A stretch of DNA of 64,000 nt from Blasia pusilla (lineage: Eukaryota), in contig CM114271.1 of the NCBI GenBank assembly GCA_050084515.1, positions 43,214,001 to 43,278,000 of the forward strand, in the 5' to 3' direction. The position numbers were made by a program, and so were the translations under genes. Position 1 is the first letter of the stretch; the number at the start of each line of letters is the position of its first letter. The notes under the pieces were generated by a model. It was given only the letters and a program-made list of their open reading frames with translations, ran no database searches and had not been told where the DNA came from. Of this stretch, positions 46,760-60,670 are shown in pieces.

Positions 46760-47000
46760 AGAGCTATTGCATCAGTTGGAGGTTCGAGCCCATATTTGCT
46801 CTTACTCCATAAAAGGGGTAGCCTACTTGTCCCCTCAATTTTATATTGATTATCACACCACTTACCTTTGCTATGATGATGCGATTATGTTTGGACCTCC
46901 CCCAACTTTTTGTGGCTAATTTGACATACTATGAATAATGTTGAAGCCTAGATTCTGTTGGTGTACACTTTGCACATTTTCTAATAAGACATCATAATTG
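46760..47000 (+). mobile_element. Degenerate CRE-like non-LTR remnant close to the retroelement insertion site
   Basis: MMRLCLDLP..C*SLDSVGVHFAH resembles MIRFRLGLP..CCQSLDPLGVHLARC at 58386-58631. Confidence 0.45.
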
Positions 47001-49489
47001 CTATTTTTATAATTTTTTGCGAAGTTATGTTTCAATGGTTTCCTTTTTTTCTTCATCGATCCCCATCCGATGTGGATTGGAATTTCTAGTCTCCATGACT
47101 TCTCTTTATTTCACTTTCAATTGGTTCTCCCATGCTTGTTTATTGAGGCCATAAACTTCTCTATAGTAACAACTTTTTTTCTAATCTAGGATCCACAAAG
47201 TCATGCAGCCATTTTACATAGAAACCATGGCAATATACTAACCAATTCACGTGTTGCAATCAACAACTACTTCATAACACCATAAAACTCTTGTAGTCCT
47301 TTTCCTATGGTTTCAAGATTTGGGAGACGCTGATGCTAGAGGTCTTTTTGGTGGTAATCACGCTCCTTTGGGTGTATGTGATATCCTTTTTTGCTTTTTT
47401 GTGAATCTACCTTGTGTGGGACATCCTTTTTCCTTTGTCCCTAGTAAGGTCCTCGTTTGTTTAAGTCCCCTTTTGTAATAGCCTAGTTAATCGCATGAAT
47501 GAGTGCGTAAGTTGCAGCAATCTTGTTGAACTTAGATAAAATAGTTTCCAACTAAGAAAAAATCTCAGTTCTAACACGCAGAGATAATTTTATCTATCCA
47601 AGGACGCCACAATGCAGGGTATTTTTGTGGAAAAGAGTTTTGGTTGTAAAACATTCGACTTTCCCATAGTGGGGAGGACACTACAATTTCATGAGTCCGC
47701 TCTAAATGAGATGGGTTCCTATCTCCTTTCATTCATCTCCTCCTTCTATTCATGCACTTTTATGCAAATCTTGGTTCCTTCCTTTACATGTATACTAGTA
47801 AGGACCCTTATGTATCGGTGCCATGCACAAATCCCTTTGCTTAGGGATATGTATGATAATTCAAGTTTCAATGTCATTCTCCTTACCAATATCTCTATAT
47901 GATCCCAATTAAGATGACCAAAAGTATTTTTGAGGGAGTAAACAAAATGCACATGCCTTGAAAACAGGAATTGAAATAGGTGTGTTGTTCCTCTCAACGG
48001 CATTTTTTAGGGACGTCTGGAAGAGATTTTTTAATTTCTCTATTTTAAATAAGAATAATAATTAAACGAAACCCACTCGTGTGAAGTGAGCGAACATTTC
48101 TCTCTCCTTGGAATCTTCCCCGTGAGGAAGAATTAGGGCCTCTCATAATGCAAGACGTAAGTAGCGCTTGACTCTAAACTATGGACGAATTACTTCCATA
48201 TGTAGGGACATTCAATTTTATTACATATCGTAGTGAGCACATTCTGCGACCTAAATAGACAGAAAAAGGGACCAGATGTCCGACCCTAAGAGGTGCGTGT
48301 CCAGCTCTTCGGACACCTCGCATTCAACCGGCCGTAAATCCGTAAAGCAAGTTATGGATGTGACGTCGGGTGCAACAGCCTCTAATTTGAGACGCCTTAT
48401 TGAGTGACTCTCATGGATGTCCCATAGAGAACTGGACGGATATAAATTTTAGAGCTAAACGTGTACTTGTGAGGCCATATGTCCATGGAGATCAAATTAG
48501 AATTTGACCTCCCCTAAGATACCCTTGGTGCCTCATGGGTAGTCATACGGGGGCAGCAAGTATGAGTCCCACGGATGTTTCCTCGGGAGGCTATGGATGT
48601 TTCTACGGGAAGGAAGCTAAACATGTTAAAGGAGTGCCCCTTCATTGCCCACTACCACCTCTCATGGATGATGAAGAGATGAAGAGAGTTTCTTGTTGAG
48701 AGTTTTGTCTCGTCATTTCATTTAGTTTGGTGGCATGGGCATTTTATTTTAATCTATATTATCATGGGAGAGTGTTTTTTTATTTGTAAACACCTCTTTG
48801 TTTGACACGTGACAACTATGCAACAAGAAAATATTTCTCCTTATCCTTCACTTACCATACCATCCACCGGAAAAACTCTACAAACACTTTTTTATTTCCC
48901 GCAAATAGTTACTAGTTATGTACATATCAATTGGATTTGAATGCCATATTACTCCCAAATCCCGATTTCTACTAGGGTCATACCATGGAAATGTACCCAA
49001 GGTTCACACCCGGATCATAACATCTTACACACATACTAACGATTACTAAGGTGCGATATAAAATAAAAATGCTCGAAGAACTAATGTACAACCAAAAGAA
49101 TAAGAATGCTGCACACAAATGCAATTTCTTTTCTTACTCTAGTGAAAAATTTTCATGCCACAAATATAGAGATATTTGCAAATCAGAAATAACACTCACA
49201 AGGGAACCCACGCGCTCACTCCGTAGCTCCGGCCGGCATCCACGCTTGCACGAATCGCACGGACTTCAAGTGGATCAGATCTAGATGCCGCAGGTCTTGA
49301 ATTCCGGAATGTGAGATGTGGGATTCGAAGTGGACTGATCTCTCTCCCTCTCTTTAGATATCACGCGAGGATCCGAAGCCGATTACTGCGGAAGGTGACT
49401 TAGCGTCTGAGGAATCTCGATCAGGTTTCAGTCCTCCATTACAAATGGAAACGGAGAGAGACTGTAATCCACAGCGAGAACGCGTCGGA

Positions 49490-49628
49490 GTGCGGAATAC
49501 GTTGCGAGCCTAACCGATCCCCGTTAGGCTCGCAACGTATTCCACACGGTCTTGAAACTGGAGGACTGACTGCAGAGAACAAACAGTCACTGTTCTCTGC
49601 AGTCAGTCCTCAAGGTTCCAAGACCGTG
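49490..49628. repeat. Two adjacent hairpins, each with a perfect 21-bp stem
   Basis: Stems 49494-49514/49523-49543 and 49561-49581/49591-49611. The second extends imperfectly to 49545-49628. Confidence 0.9.
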
Positions 49629-51543
49629 CAACAGGTACACGTTTGAACAATCTCTGAACATGGCCAGTTTCGAGGAGAGCATGGCTTTTCCTCCCATCCT
49701 TCCTTCCCTCACGAATCACGATACGAAGAGGCGACATCGGCATCGCCCTGATGCACCGTACGGGTCTACCTAGGTGTAAGATGGATGTTGAACTCCGTCA
49801 GATGATGGACACGACTGTCACGAGACTGTATATGGACGTACGTGAGGCTACTGACGCTACGTTTAAGGCGAGGACGATGAATAGAAGTTTCGAGATTTCG
49901 AGGTCACAATCGATGATGAAAGTTCCGCCGAACTTTCGCAGACGCTCGACATAGATTCGGGTCTCTAGTGAACTTGAGCACCGTCGCCTACTTGTAATAA
50001 TGTTTCCTGACAAGAAATAGTAACAGTTATTGTCTCTGTACGGGATCCTTTCACCCCGGGAGTGTGGTGACTGCATACCAAACACAAACAGTTGTAAGCT
50101 GTAACTTGTGGTTGGCTTCGGGAATTACGAAGGACGTGAGATGATTTTCGGACCCTTCTGGATCATGTATGACTGACAATTGATTCACGACACTTTCCTG
50201 GCACGGTCTTTTTGACGCTCGGCGCTCGCTCGTGCTGCGGCTCGCTGGCCAGCAGGTTTGGTGCAAACGATGACGCACAGTCATAGTACTTGGGAAGACA
50301 ATTCTGGACTAGCCCTTCATTCGGAGTTTGTCCAATGAAATCCGGGCGTAGCTAGAAAGAAACACGTGATCAAGCATGTACAGCCTGACCTTCAGCAAGC
50401 AAAATGACTTGACAAAAACTCAAGTGCTCGGTGGCCGCAGAGTAAACCGTAGCTAGACAGTCTGCAACACTGTTCCATGAGTAATCTGTAACAACGATGT
50501 TCACCTGTGTGCAAAACTCAAGATTTCATTTTTATTGAAGAGACGACGACAGGAATACCTACCATCATCCGTATCACCGAAAGATGATTTATTGGCAAAT
50601 TACAGGATGGATCTTCCAATAATGTCGAGGATCACACAGATGTAATCTCGTGCTCTCCAAAATTGGAAAAACCAACTCATACAGAATCTGGGAATCTTAA
50701 AACGTGTGCCCATTGTACCGATGATCGTCAGTGTCATTTGAACGAACGATCTTCAGACAAGTTTCCCTTTCCACACTGACAGATAATGAAAATAATCGTC
50801 GAAAAACTCTCCACAGGAAAGAACATTAACCAATTCGAAATGATCGAGAAGAGAACCTATTGAAAGAACTGATTGCCAAGCACGGACAACATTGATCAGA
50901 AGTGTCGACGGAACTTGCAAGCTGAAACCAGGAACGCTTGTGTTGTGGCGCAGACCACGTAGAAAATGCCCCTCCATTATCCGGCTGATGGATCTATAGC
51001 AGCTCCGGTCCAGTATGTGATGTTAAAAGGGGTTTCTAACTTAACAATAATTGTGTGCCTACATGTTCACGTTAAAAAGATTTCTAACTTAACAATTTAC
51101 AAGATGTGCAACCCATGAGATTAAAAGTTCGTAGACTCTCGAAGATTCTGCCATCACACCCGCAGTCGACTGGTAGGCGCCGATCGAGGTGGTACACTTA
51201 GCTCTTGCCTATCCGTACGCCCGACCGAAATTGTTGGAGAACTTCAACTTCTCGTGATGATTCCTGTCGTACCTCAGTGCAGACCCTGGGGAATAAAATC
51301 CGGTTTAAATGATTACTGCAACCAAGACAAGAATCGAAAGAATCCAGGGACGGTAAGATCAAGAGCAACCTTGGCGAACTGCAGGTCCGTACGTCTTGTC
51401 TCCGATTAGGTGCAATTCCTGAGCCAGGCATCCCAATCCGATCATCTGCACGCGTGTGGAATCTTCGGCAAGCAAACTGATCAATCTTGCCTGCGATTGG
51501 ATTTGAATTGATGGCACGGCGGCCTCAATTCATTAGAAATCGA

Positions 51544-54361
51544 TCAATCGTAAGGATTGCGGCCGGAGCTGGAGGAGAATCCAACCTTGAGCGGAGAGAT
51601 GGACGAAACGCTTGCACTGGAGTATCTTCGAGCGCTTCCGTAGGACGAGTCGGGGCTTTCTCGGTCTGGTGAGTAGATGTGCGTCGAAGCACGCGGTCTC
51701 TCGGAGGATTGATAGCCGCTTGAGTGCATACTCAATTCGGCAGCGTAGTCTGGATACCCGTGCTCCACGGAGGAAAAATCTTCTCCCATGTGCTGGGAGA
51801 GAACTGCTGGAGCGCCCGGGAGGAATCCTCCGCTGGGTATGATCGTCTCTAAGGTCCTGAGAACAGTTGTCATGGTTGGCCGTCTGCCTGGCTCGTCGGC
51901 AATGCACGCGAGAGCCAGCTCCAAAAGTTCGAGAACGTCTTGAGCGGGAAGGACGTGCATGGACACCAAAGAAGGGTCAAACACCTCCACGGTCTTATTC
52001 TCAGACACCATTTCTAGCACCCAAGTGGCCAGATCCTTGTCGCTCTTGCCCTTGGGCTCCAGCCCCGTAAGCAGCTCCAGCAGAAGAACGCCGAAGCTGT
52101 AGACATCGCCTTTCTGGGACTTATTGCGGCTGCTGGCCATGAGCTCCGGTGCCAAGTAGCCTTCAGCTGTGATGTGTGTCGATGGTGTCTCGAGCAGCGT
52201 CTCCAATCCGAAATCTGCGACTCGCACCTCAAACCTATCGTCCAGCAGCACATTGGTAGCCTTGAAGTTGCCGTGCACCATGTTTATGTCGTGCAAATGA
52301 GCCAGACCCCTAGCAGCCTCCAATGCGATGTTGTGCCGTGCCGCCCAGCTCAGGTTCTCATGACGTTGCTCCAAGTCCCCTGCGCATGATCAAACCCACG
52401 TACACTCAGCCTCGCATCTTACGAATCCACTCAGATTACAGGAAAACTGACACCGGAGAGATCCTTTGAATCATGTGGATTCATTAAATATGTATGAACC
52501 TAGCTCTACTTTCCACTTGGATCCCAGAAACGGAAGTCGAACAACTGCAGAATGGTCAGCAATCAATTGGTACAGAGCTGCACGGACGTTGAAGGCGTGT
52601 TTGCAAGCTCAAAGGTAAAGTCCATGAAGTCCTATTACCGTGCATAAGAGAGTAGAGACTGCCATTGGACATGAAGTCACAAATAAGCAGCTTTTCGTTG
52701 GGCGACCAACAATAGGCCCTGATGTTCAGTAGATTCGGGTGAGTGACTTTTGCCAGCCTCCTGATCTTGTCTCCGAAGACGTGTTCGTTCTTCAGGCCAT
52801 GTTCTTCGAGCCTCTTGATGGCAAGCATGCGCTTGTCTTCCATGACTGCCATATACACGCCTCCGAATGTTCCGGTCCCGAGAACCATGGCATTCGCTTT
52901 CAGTAGCTCTTCAATCTTCAGTACGAGGGTGCGGTCGAGAATTTTCAGATCGGTCCCGAAGTCCTCGCAGCTGTCTGAAGTCTCAGACTTCTCAGCCCCC
53001 AATTCCTCGATCATCACCTCGTCGCTGTACTCTTCCGGGTCGGGCATCACTTCCACAACACACTTGAGAGCGGGTCTGAGAGATGCTGCTGCAATAAAAG
53101 TAGGTCGATTGGGATCAGGTTCCTGGCGTAATTCCTTACCATCAACCGACCGTAGAGTGGTAGATGTGGACTTATCTTCCTTGGACCATCCACCTTTCCC
53201 ACCGCCATATTTTTCGGAAGCTTTGCGTTTCTTCCACCACAACCAGAAAAGGGTGAATCCCACTGCAGACATCAGCAGCAGCGCAACGTCGCCGGCTGTT
53301 AGCGCTACGATCGTTAGATTGCTGAACCCCTTGGACTTCTTGTGTTCATAGAACCCAGACGGAGGGGGCATCTCGGACCCCAACGGTATGCCGTCGAAAG
53401 GCGGTTGTGGACCCGGACTTCCCTGATAAGGACACGTTTCGACAATGAGAAGCGGATTTCCCTGGAATGCAAGATTTCCGAACTGGCACGCTATGTCCTG
53501 GGGCACCGATCCCGTGAAGTTGTTGTTGCCAAGCTTCAAGTCCTTGAGGGAGGTCAAGTTGAAGAGTGCTGCAGGTATCTCGCCCTGAAGAGAATTTCCT
53601 GACAGGTCGAGGGAGGTTAAGTTGGGAGTGTTCCATGTCGCTGGCAACGTTCCTTGTAGAGAATTTTTGGACAGATCCGCTGTGACGAGGGCTCCGGCAT
53701 TCGCCAAGGATGATGGGATGGGACCGCTGAAATTGTTTGAACGCAAGGAGAGAAATTGCAGCGTCGGGATGTCGGCCAGGTCACCTGGAATGGAGCCCGA
53801 TAATTTATTTCCGCCAAAATCAAGAGTCACCACTTGCCTGAAGTTGGAGAACAATCCTTGCGGAATGGGACCCTCGAACGCATTATTGCCAAGGTTCAGT
53901 TCGTCTAGGAGCACCAGAGTTCCCAACCAATCGGGAAGATGTCCATTCAGCTGATTTCCGTCCAGTGCGAGTTTCTTGAGATGAACCATCACCGCGAAAT
54001 CGTCAGGAATTTCACCTGTGAGAGAATTTTCACTCAAGGTCAGTCTGCTAAGATAGGCCAGCCTTCCGAGTGCTCTTGACATATTTCCACTCAGGCTTGC
54101 CCCTGGCAGCCTCAACCATCTTACAAACCCAGTGCTCCAACATTCCACGCCCTTCCAGTTAGTGCAATGATTATTTCCATCTAGCCAACTTTGCAGTGCA
54201 GTCGAAGTCGCAGCATTTTCCGCTTTGAAATCTCGCAACGCTTGTTCCTCCAAGGAATTCGGATCTACACATGACGCTAGGAAGCTTGAATGCAGCAGGC
54301 CCAGAAAAACTACCCAAGTTCGTAGTGGTAATCCACCACTCCCGCCCGGCTTCAGTCCCAT
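51544..54361 (-). CDS. LRR receptor-like kinase with an atypical kinase domain (LRR-III-like), 2 exons
   Basis: Signal peptide, LRRNT (CTNWKGVEC), about 8 LRRs, a TM helix and kinase GTGTFG..AIKRL. Exons 54361-52639 and 52379-51544 (phase-1 GT-AG). Subdomain VIb is VHGNFKATN (no catalytic Asp), followed by DFG, GYLAPE and DVYSFG. Confidence 0.93.
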
Positions 54362-55799
54362 CAGAATCCTCGTCCTCTTCACTGTCTTCAATCTTCCTAT
54401 TCTTACCTGCTTCACTCACTAATCTACTATATGATCGCAAGGACTCCGGTGACTCACTCACTCGCTTCACTGGCAGTCTACCTCCTCCTCCTCCTCTTCC
54501 TACCGCTGCACTGGATGTACATTCCATCCACAGTCCTCCGCTGCAAAGCAAGATATCGCTTGATGGGAGATGAACATCACAGATTGTATGGTTGAATTCT
54601 TCGACTAGATGTGACAATCCTTACTTGCGCGCTGCACAGTAGACACGGTCGAACACTCAATCCCCATGTCTCTCGTGTTCACTACTCTGGAAATTGCCAT
54701 ATTGCCGGTGGGCCAGATTCGTCTCTCTCTCGTTCGCTCCTCCTCTCTCTCGCGTGCTCCGCGTTGTGCTACCGAGAGAGAGAAAGAGAGAGGGAGTCAC
54801 GTTCAAACTACGAAATTGGGGATCCAGGTGGGGTTCGCGAGAGGAAGGGGCGGCACTAGATGGATCGGGATATGGAGGATCCCACGGAACGGTGGCGAGA
54901 GGGAGGGAGGAGCCACGGACAGCTAGGCAGCCCTGGAGGACAGGAGAGAAGAGATGGAGTGCTGGCGCTCGTTGCAACATCCACAAGTTGCCAGGTCCGC
55001 CGCCGGTGCAGTTTGATCAGGATCAATACCACCCTTCATCATCAGACGCACGAGTTGCTACCTTCGGCTCCCGCCCTTCCAGCCTCTCACCAACCTGGTT
55101 TCTCCGCCTTCCGGTCTCCCCTCCTCCCTCCCCGACTCTCCGCCGGATTGGCTCCGTGGTCCCCACTCCTGTCGCTCAATCTCGACTCCCGCCATCCCCA
55201 GATTCGCCACTCCGTCCTCGCCGAAGATGCATTTCTAACACGGCGTGAACTGAGATTCCACATCCGTCCTCAGTCCGTTTGGACCCGAAAGTTGGAACGC
55301 CGCGAGCACTCGGCTTATCTTTAGCACCCTTGCAATCCAATAGCAACGTCGCCCTGCAAGTCTTCTTCCGTGGAGTTTTCTTGCCTCAGAATTTCAAAGG
55401 ATATATGCCGGTCAATTGACGACTTGGGATAAGAATTTGGTTGGATCATCATCTAACATGGTTGTTAGATTATTTTATTCAAAGAATATAAACGATTTTA
55501 TTTTATGATTTTCAAATGGCACCTATACTTTGAACCCTTAATGTAGGATGCCTGGTATGGGCATTAGGTAACTTAACGGGGCATCGAGGGTTACGAGATC
55601 CCGGAGTGTTCCCTCGCGGACCCTAACTAGTATGGTATAAATGATCGGGAATGATTTTAAACCTTCCAGAGGGATAGGGAGAAAATAATTATCAAACATT
55701 TGAAGGGTAGGTTAGAGGAAAAAAAATATGGAGGGCTCGTAAAGAATTCATGTCATTATTTCTTTGAGAGATTTGGTTATTTTCATAATTACAAATAGA

Positions 55800-56595
55800 G
55801 ATGTTCACGATATAAATAGAGAAGTTATGTTTCGATTTTTTGGAGAGATAATTTCTTCACTTCATAAAGTAATCTTATGTAGGATAATTTTTTGAGGAAG
55901 TATCTTCTAACAAATATGTGTTAGGTACAAGAGCATACTTAGTTTAGTGTTGAATGGATTCCAAAATGAAAGAATGAGTTATATACATCCAACAGAATTC
56001 TTTGATATATGCTTATCTTATGAACTTCCTTCACATTTTTTTTATTTGAAGATTGGTGCAATAATTATGCTAATACCAAACATGAATAGTTTGAAAGGAC
56101 AAGCAAATAACACTCGATTGACCATTTGTGGATTCATACCACATATTATCAATGTTGAAATTTTTATGGGGAAGAACATTGGAGATTGACTTTTCATTCT
56201 GCGTATCCCATTCATTGCTTCCAACTTGAGCTTGCTTTTTTATTTACGTAAATTACAATTCATCCAACTTTTGGTAAGATTATTAATAAGTCCCAATGTC
56301 AAACATTTCGAAAAGTTGGTCTATACTTACATATGTATGTTGAATTTTCTCATGACCAACTATTATATATGGCATTGTCTCAAGTAGGAAAAAGGAGTTC
56401 TTTTCATATTATGAATGGTAACGATACACATTCCAATTAGAAAGTGATTACACCTAAAATGTCGTGTATAAAGATACTTTTGCATTAAAGAAATTGAATA
56501 TTTTTTAACTATGTTTATCACATGAAATGAGAAACAAATATCTAAAAAATTTATGTATTTTTATACACCCTTGCATGCCACGGGTACCTTAATAG
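55800..56595 (+). mobile_element. Helitron remnant: PIF1 helicase C-terminus and 3' end
   Basis: LPSHFFYLKIGAIIMLIPNMN..NNTRL, ILRIPFI, INKSQCQTF.KVGLYL and FSHDQL match PIF1 motifs. A 3' hairpin ACCCTTGCATGCCACGGGT (56567-56585) is followed by ATAG|T, a degenerate CTAG. Confidence 0.75.
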
Positions 56596-57899
56596 TCCAT
56601 ATAAATCCAAGACCCTGAAAGGAGGGATGAGTAGAGTCATCATGAAAGTCCCGTAAGAAAAAGAGCCATGGAGATCCATGTTCCATAATACTAGAAACTT
56701 CTTACACCTGAAAAAAAAAATTAATGTTATGCCTTTCCTCTTCTTCTTTCTTCTCCCATCTTTCTCTCTCCTATTACTCTCCTCTAAACTTAGCTTCCTT
56801 CTTTCTCAACATAAAGAAGGAAGGACTTTGATAAGAATAACTAATATATACTTACATAGATTTAAATAGCTAATGGTAACTAAGTGAACGATGATAAAAC
56901 CGAGGCTTCTTCCGACTCCCACGACTATTTGTAGTAGACTTGGGCTGTCAGAATTTATAACGAAGACCAAGATGTACAAGTACAGAACCAATATTTCCTG
57001 AAGCTGTCGGCATGGCATAAACGAACCACTCAAGAACATAAGTAAGATCCTCTCACGGATCGCCTGCAATTTTGTCCCGAGAAAGTTAGCGGGAACTAGA
57101 AAAGCCGCTAGTCTTTGCCGACGTCCCAAGTCAAGACATCTGGCAGCCGCAGAGCTCGTCTTCCTCGCGGCTGAAGCATCTGCTCCCCGCGCCTCTCACA
57201 TGCGCTCCCACTCTCTCGCCCGAGCAGCGGCAGACGGCTCGGTGACGGAGCGTTGACGGCTGCTCAACGGTGCTGAGGCCAACGGCGTGGACGGACTTTC
57301 TCCCTCCCGTGCCCTCACCGTCTCTTGTAACCCCGCCGCCTCCTTATCGCGCGCAGTAATCACCGAACTTATCATGAATCCCGAGCAATCTCGGGCTCGA
57401 TTACTATAAACGACCAGGACTCGATTCCTAACACATCACTGTAACCCTTCGCTCCGTCACACCAACCTCGGGAGATCCACTGTCTTCTCGCGCGACGACA
57501 AATGCTACTCTGAAGTGCTGGCCCTGTTGCCCCTCTCGTTAGTTGGTATCCGCCTCCGCCTCGCTACGAAGGACTTGGTTTGATTGGGATCCACGTAAAT
57601 GGGACAGGAAGACAAAAAACAAAACCTGAAACAATAATATAGTAAAATACCGGCCACGGGAGAACCACGTGAAGGGTGCGAATGCATGTCTCGTCCCGAA
57701 GTGTTCGGTTCCGATGTGTTTCGTTTGATGCAGCAGTTGTGTACTTGCTGATGTCAGCCGGGTGATTCTAAAGAGCGTACCCGAATACAGTATGAAGGAG
57801 GAATCTTTTGCCTCTATGAACGAAAGAGGCCTCAATAAAAGAATGAAAACCTATCCCTTTTTCAGAGAAAAAAGGATTAATGAGTTGAGTACGTGAAGG

Positions 57900-58900
57900 T
57901 CATAATAGGCTAGGGGAAAAGAAAGGACATCCTTTATTGGTTAAATTCACCACGGCATAAACAATATCAGCATAAACACTCACATATATGTGACTACCAC
58001 TAAGTAGACCTCTAACCTCGACGTCTCCCACAACTTGAGCCTGCTGCAAAAGTCCATTGGCTTGGGCATGTTGCAAGGCTATGGAGACCCGTTGCCTACA
58101 ATAAAAAAATTGCAATAACTAATAACAACATATTTCTCCACTGGAGTTGATGGGCGCAATTCTTAAGGAAAGAGTCAAACCTCTCCCCTGTAGCCCCATA
58201 CACCTCTACGGCTAGGAGGATGAATCGATATCCGTCGTGAAGTCAACCATAGAGATAGGTCTTCTTCACCGCCTCCGCCACCGCTCCTTGTAGCAATCTC
58301 CCTTGTGCTACCATTTGGGCTCGCACTGTCTCCCGCGTAGGATCTGTCACTACAACGTCTGTCGCCACCACCTCAGCCTCTCGTATCATATAAAGATCAG
58401 CACGGATAAGGAAATCTCGCATGGAGTAGTGCCTCTCTCTTGCATGTGGAAGCTACTCTTGCGAGCAATATTGAACATAATATCCCGCACAAAATTTTGA
58501 ATGTAAATCCTCCCACCCCCAACTGCACAGCGAGCTAAATGCACACCAAGTGGATCCAAACTTTGGCAACACTCATAGTGTTTCGAATCAACCACCGATG
58601 ATTGGGGGAGGCCCAATCGGAACCGTATCATTTTGGTGTAGGTAAGTGGTACGATACGGAATGACGAGTCGAGGGGATGAGCCCCAATCCCTGAGCCTAC
58701 CTTGTTTTTGGCGCATGAGCAAATTCAGGCCAAACCTCCATGGGAATATCCCCATCCGACATGGTGACTCTAAAAATTGCCTAAAATGGGCTTCCATCAA
58801 AGAAGATTGGAGCCCTAACTGACCAGATGTGACAAGGGAGGAGAAAGTTGAGAGAACGGCTCTAGCCTCACCTAAAATAGTAAATATCTTGCTCGTCATA
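57900..58900 (-). mobile_element. 3' part of a CRE-like non-LTR retrotransposon (zinc knuckle + restriction-like endonuclease region), degenerate
   Basis: RFRLGLP..ECCQSLDPLGVHLARCAVGG..VRD, DVVVTDPTR, HDGYRFILLAVEVYG, RQRVSIALQHAQA. Confidence 0.7.
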
Positions 58901-59112
58901 TCCATATCTATTTAATTTTCTCGAAAGATATGAAAGATGAAATTAAGTAGATCTAGATATAATGAGTAGGAGATTATCGAAGATGACTAGTCTACCACCA
59001 CATCACCATGGACTTTAGTGAACTCATAAATGTGATTGGAATGATTTACGAATAGACTCTAGCCTTTTGGGGTTAATACCTCTTATCTCATTTAGACGAG
59101 GCTAACCCAAAC

Positions 59113-59421
59113 CAAGGTTGCATGTGGAAAAATTTTGTGTATGTGGACATCTCCATGTCCGTAGACTTTCTCCATCCTATGGAAGGATTCTTCCATATGG
59201 GTCCCACTTTTCCCTTCTTTCTCATTCCCTCACTTGCCTACATGTTCCACATTTTCCCGTTTCTTCCTCCCCCTTTATTGCCCCAATCGCCCTTGCCCTA
59301 CCTTCCATCATGAACTATAAGTGTGAGCCCCACCTCTTACAATTCATGTACGGGGAGGTGTCCATACTTGTTCGTCCATGTCCGTCGTAGAGACAGACTT
59401 GTCCATTTTTGTGCGACCATG
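59113..59421. mobile_element. hAT MITE (309 bp)
   Basis: TIRs CAAGGTTGCA.. and ..GTGCGACCATG with a perfect 8-bp TSD ACCCAAAC (59105-59112, 59422-59429). Same family as 8269-9107. Confidence 0.85.
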
Positions 59422-60598
59422 ACCCAAACTCTTTGGAGTTAACACCTCTAGTATGCTTTTCGACTAGATTAACCGAGACACTTTCCTTTCATTGTCTGTA
59501 ATAATAGGGCATGTCTCAAGTCTATTGGAACGAGGTTTTGGCAACATCAAGGAACTAGTATGTAAGAGCAAGTGGGATAGGAAGTAGGGATCCTCCTAGC
59601 TTTCCTCATCAAGATGAAACTTGAACATGAGATTCAACTTCCTCCCAAGATCTATCATTGATTAGTACTCTCATCTCCCTCGGATTCAATTCACTACTAT
59701 TTGGTGAACAAATATTTCTCTTGACTCTCTTTATGTGAGGGTATATGTGATTTGCCCTAGAAGTTTCCTTTTCCTTCCTTTGTTTCTCCCAATGGGAGAA
59801 TCTTTGCCAAGGTTCCCGACATCATTTCTAGAGAAGTGAAAAATTTGAGAGATTTTTGCATGGTTATATACACTCAAGATAGACATATTAGACGACCTTA
59901 CTTACTTTTTAAATAAATTTCAGCATATATTTTATTGGTTTGAGAACTGATTTTATCTACATTTAATTCAATAAACAACATTGCATGATTTGTGCTTCAT
60001 ATTGCATTTCCATTTTTACACTTCTTCCTTCTTGCTTCCTTGGTACAAATGGCTTTTAAAAATCTCTTCTCGTTATCTAGATGCAATGTATCTAACATTG
60101 AAAGAGGTGGAAAAAAGTAATGGTATTCTTGTAATAGTATAAAAAAAGTTTAATGGTGCACCAAAAACTATTGCTTGATTTTTTCATAAAATTAAATTTT
60201 TTTGAAGGAAATTAAAAGAGACACATAATAAAAGAAGGAAGTCTTTGTGACAAAAGTTCATTTTCACAACTAATTTTTGAGCCTTGTGAAGAAGTCTTCA
60301 TAAAATGAAATTCACACTACTCATTTTAGTTTTGAAATGATGTCCGTAGAACATTTTACATAATGTAAAATGATGAGTATTTAACCCATGATACCAATAA
60401 TAAAATTATTTTAATATTTTAATACACATTTCACTAGTGTAAATAGAAAAAAACATGCTTAGTAATATGGGAAGGTCCTTAGGGGACTAATGTCTTATAA
60501 TCCACATTTGAGATTATGTTCCATGGAAGAAATGAAGAACCTCAATAAATATGCATGATGGAAAACCCATCCGAAAAACAAACGAGGGAAATTTGCAG

Positions 60599-60670
60599 AG
60601 GCCCCACCGAGATCTGAACTCGGCCTCTTGGATTCAAAGTCCAATGTTGTAACCACTAGACTATGGGGCC
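60599..60670 (-). tRNA. tRNA-Gln(UUG) or tRNA-Gln pseudogene
   Basis: GGCCCCATAGTCTAGTGGTTACAACATTGGACTTTGAATCCAAGAGGCCGAGTTCAGATCTCGGTGGGGCCT. Acceptor, anticodon (TTG) and T stems pair, but the D stem is weak (GTCT/CAAC). A T5 tract lies about 20 nt downstream. Confidence 0.75.

Noticed and set aside
52743-53954. Plus-strand ORFs overlapping the RLK (likewise 41857-42516 and 17320-18195)
   Set aside because: Antisense shadows of real coding sequence.
54694-55324. Long GC-rich ORFs upstream of the RLK
   Set aside because: Low-complexity GA/CT-rich sequence typical of a 5' UTR or promoter. No domain similarity recognised.
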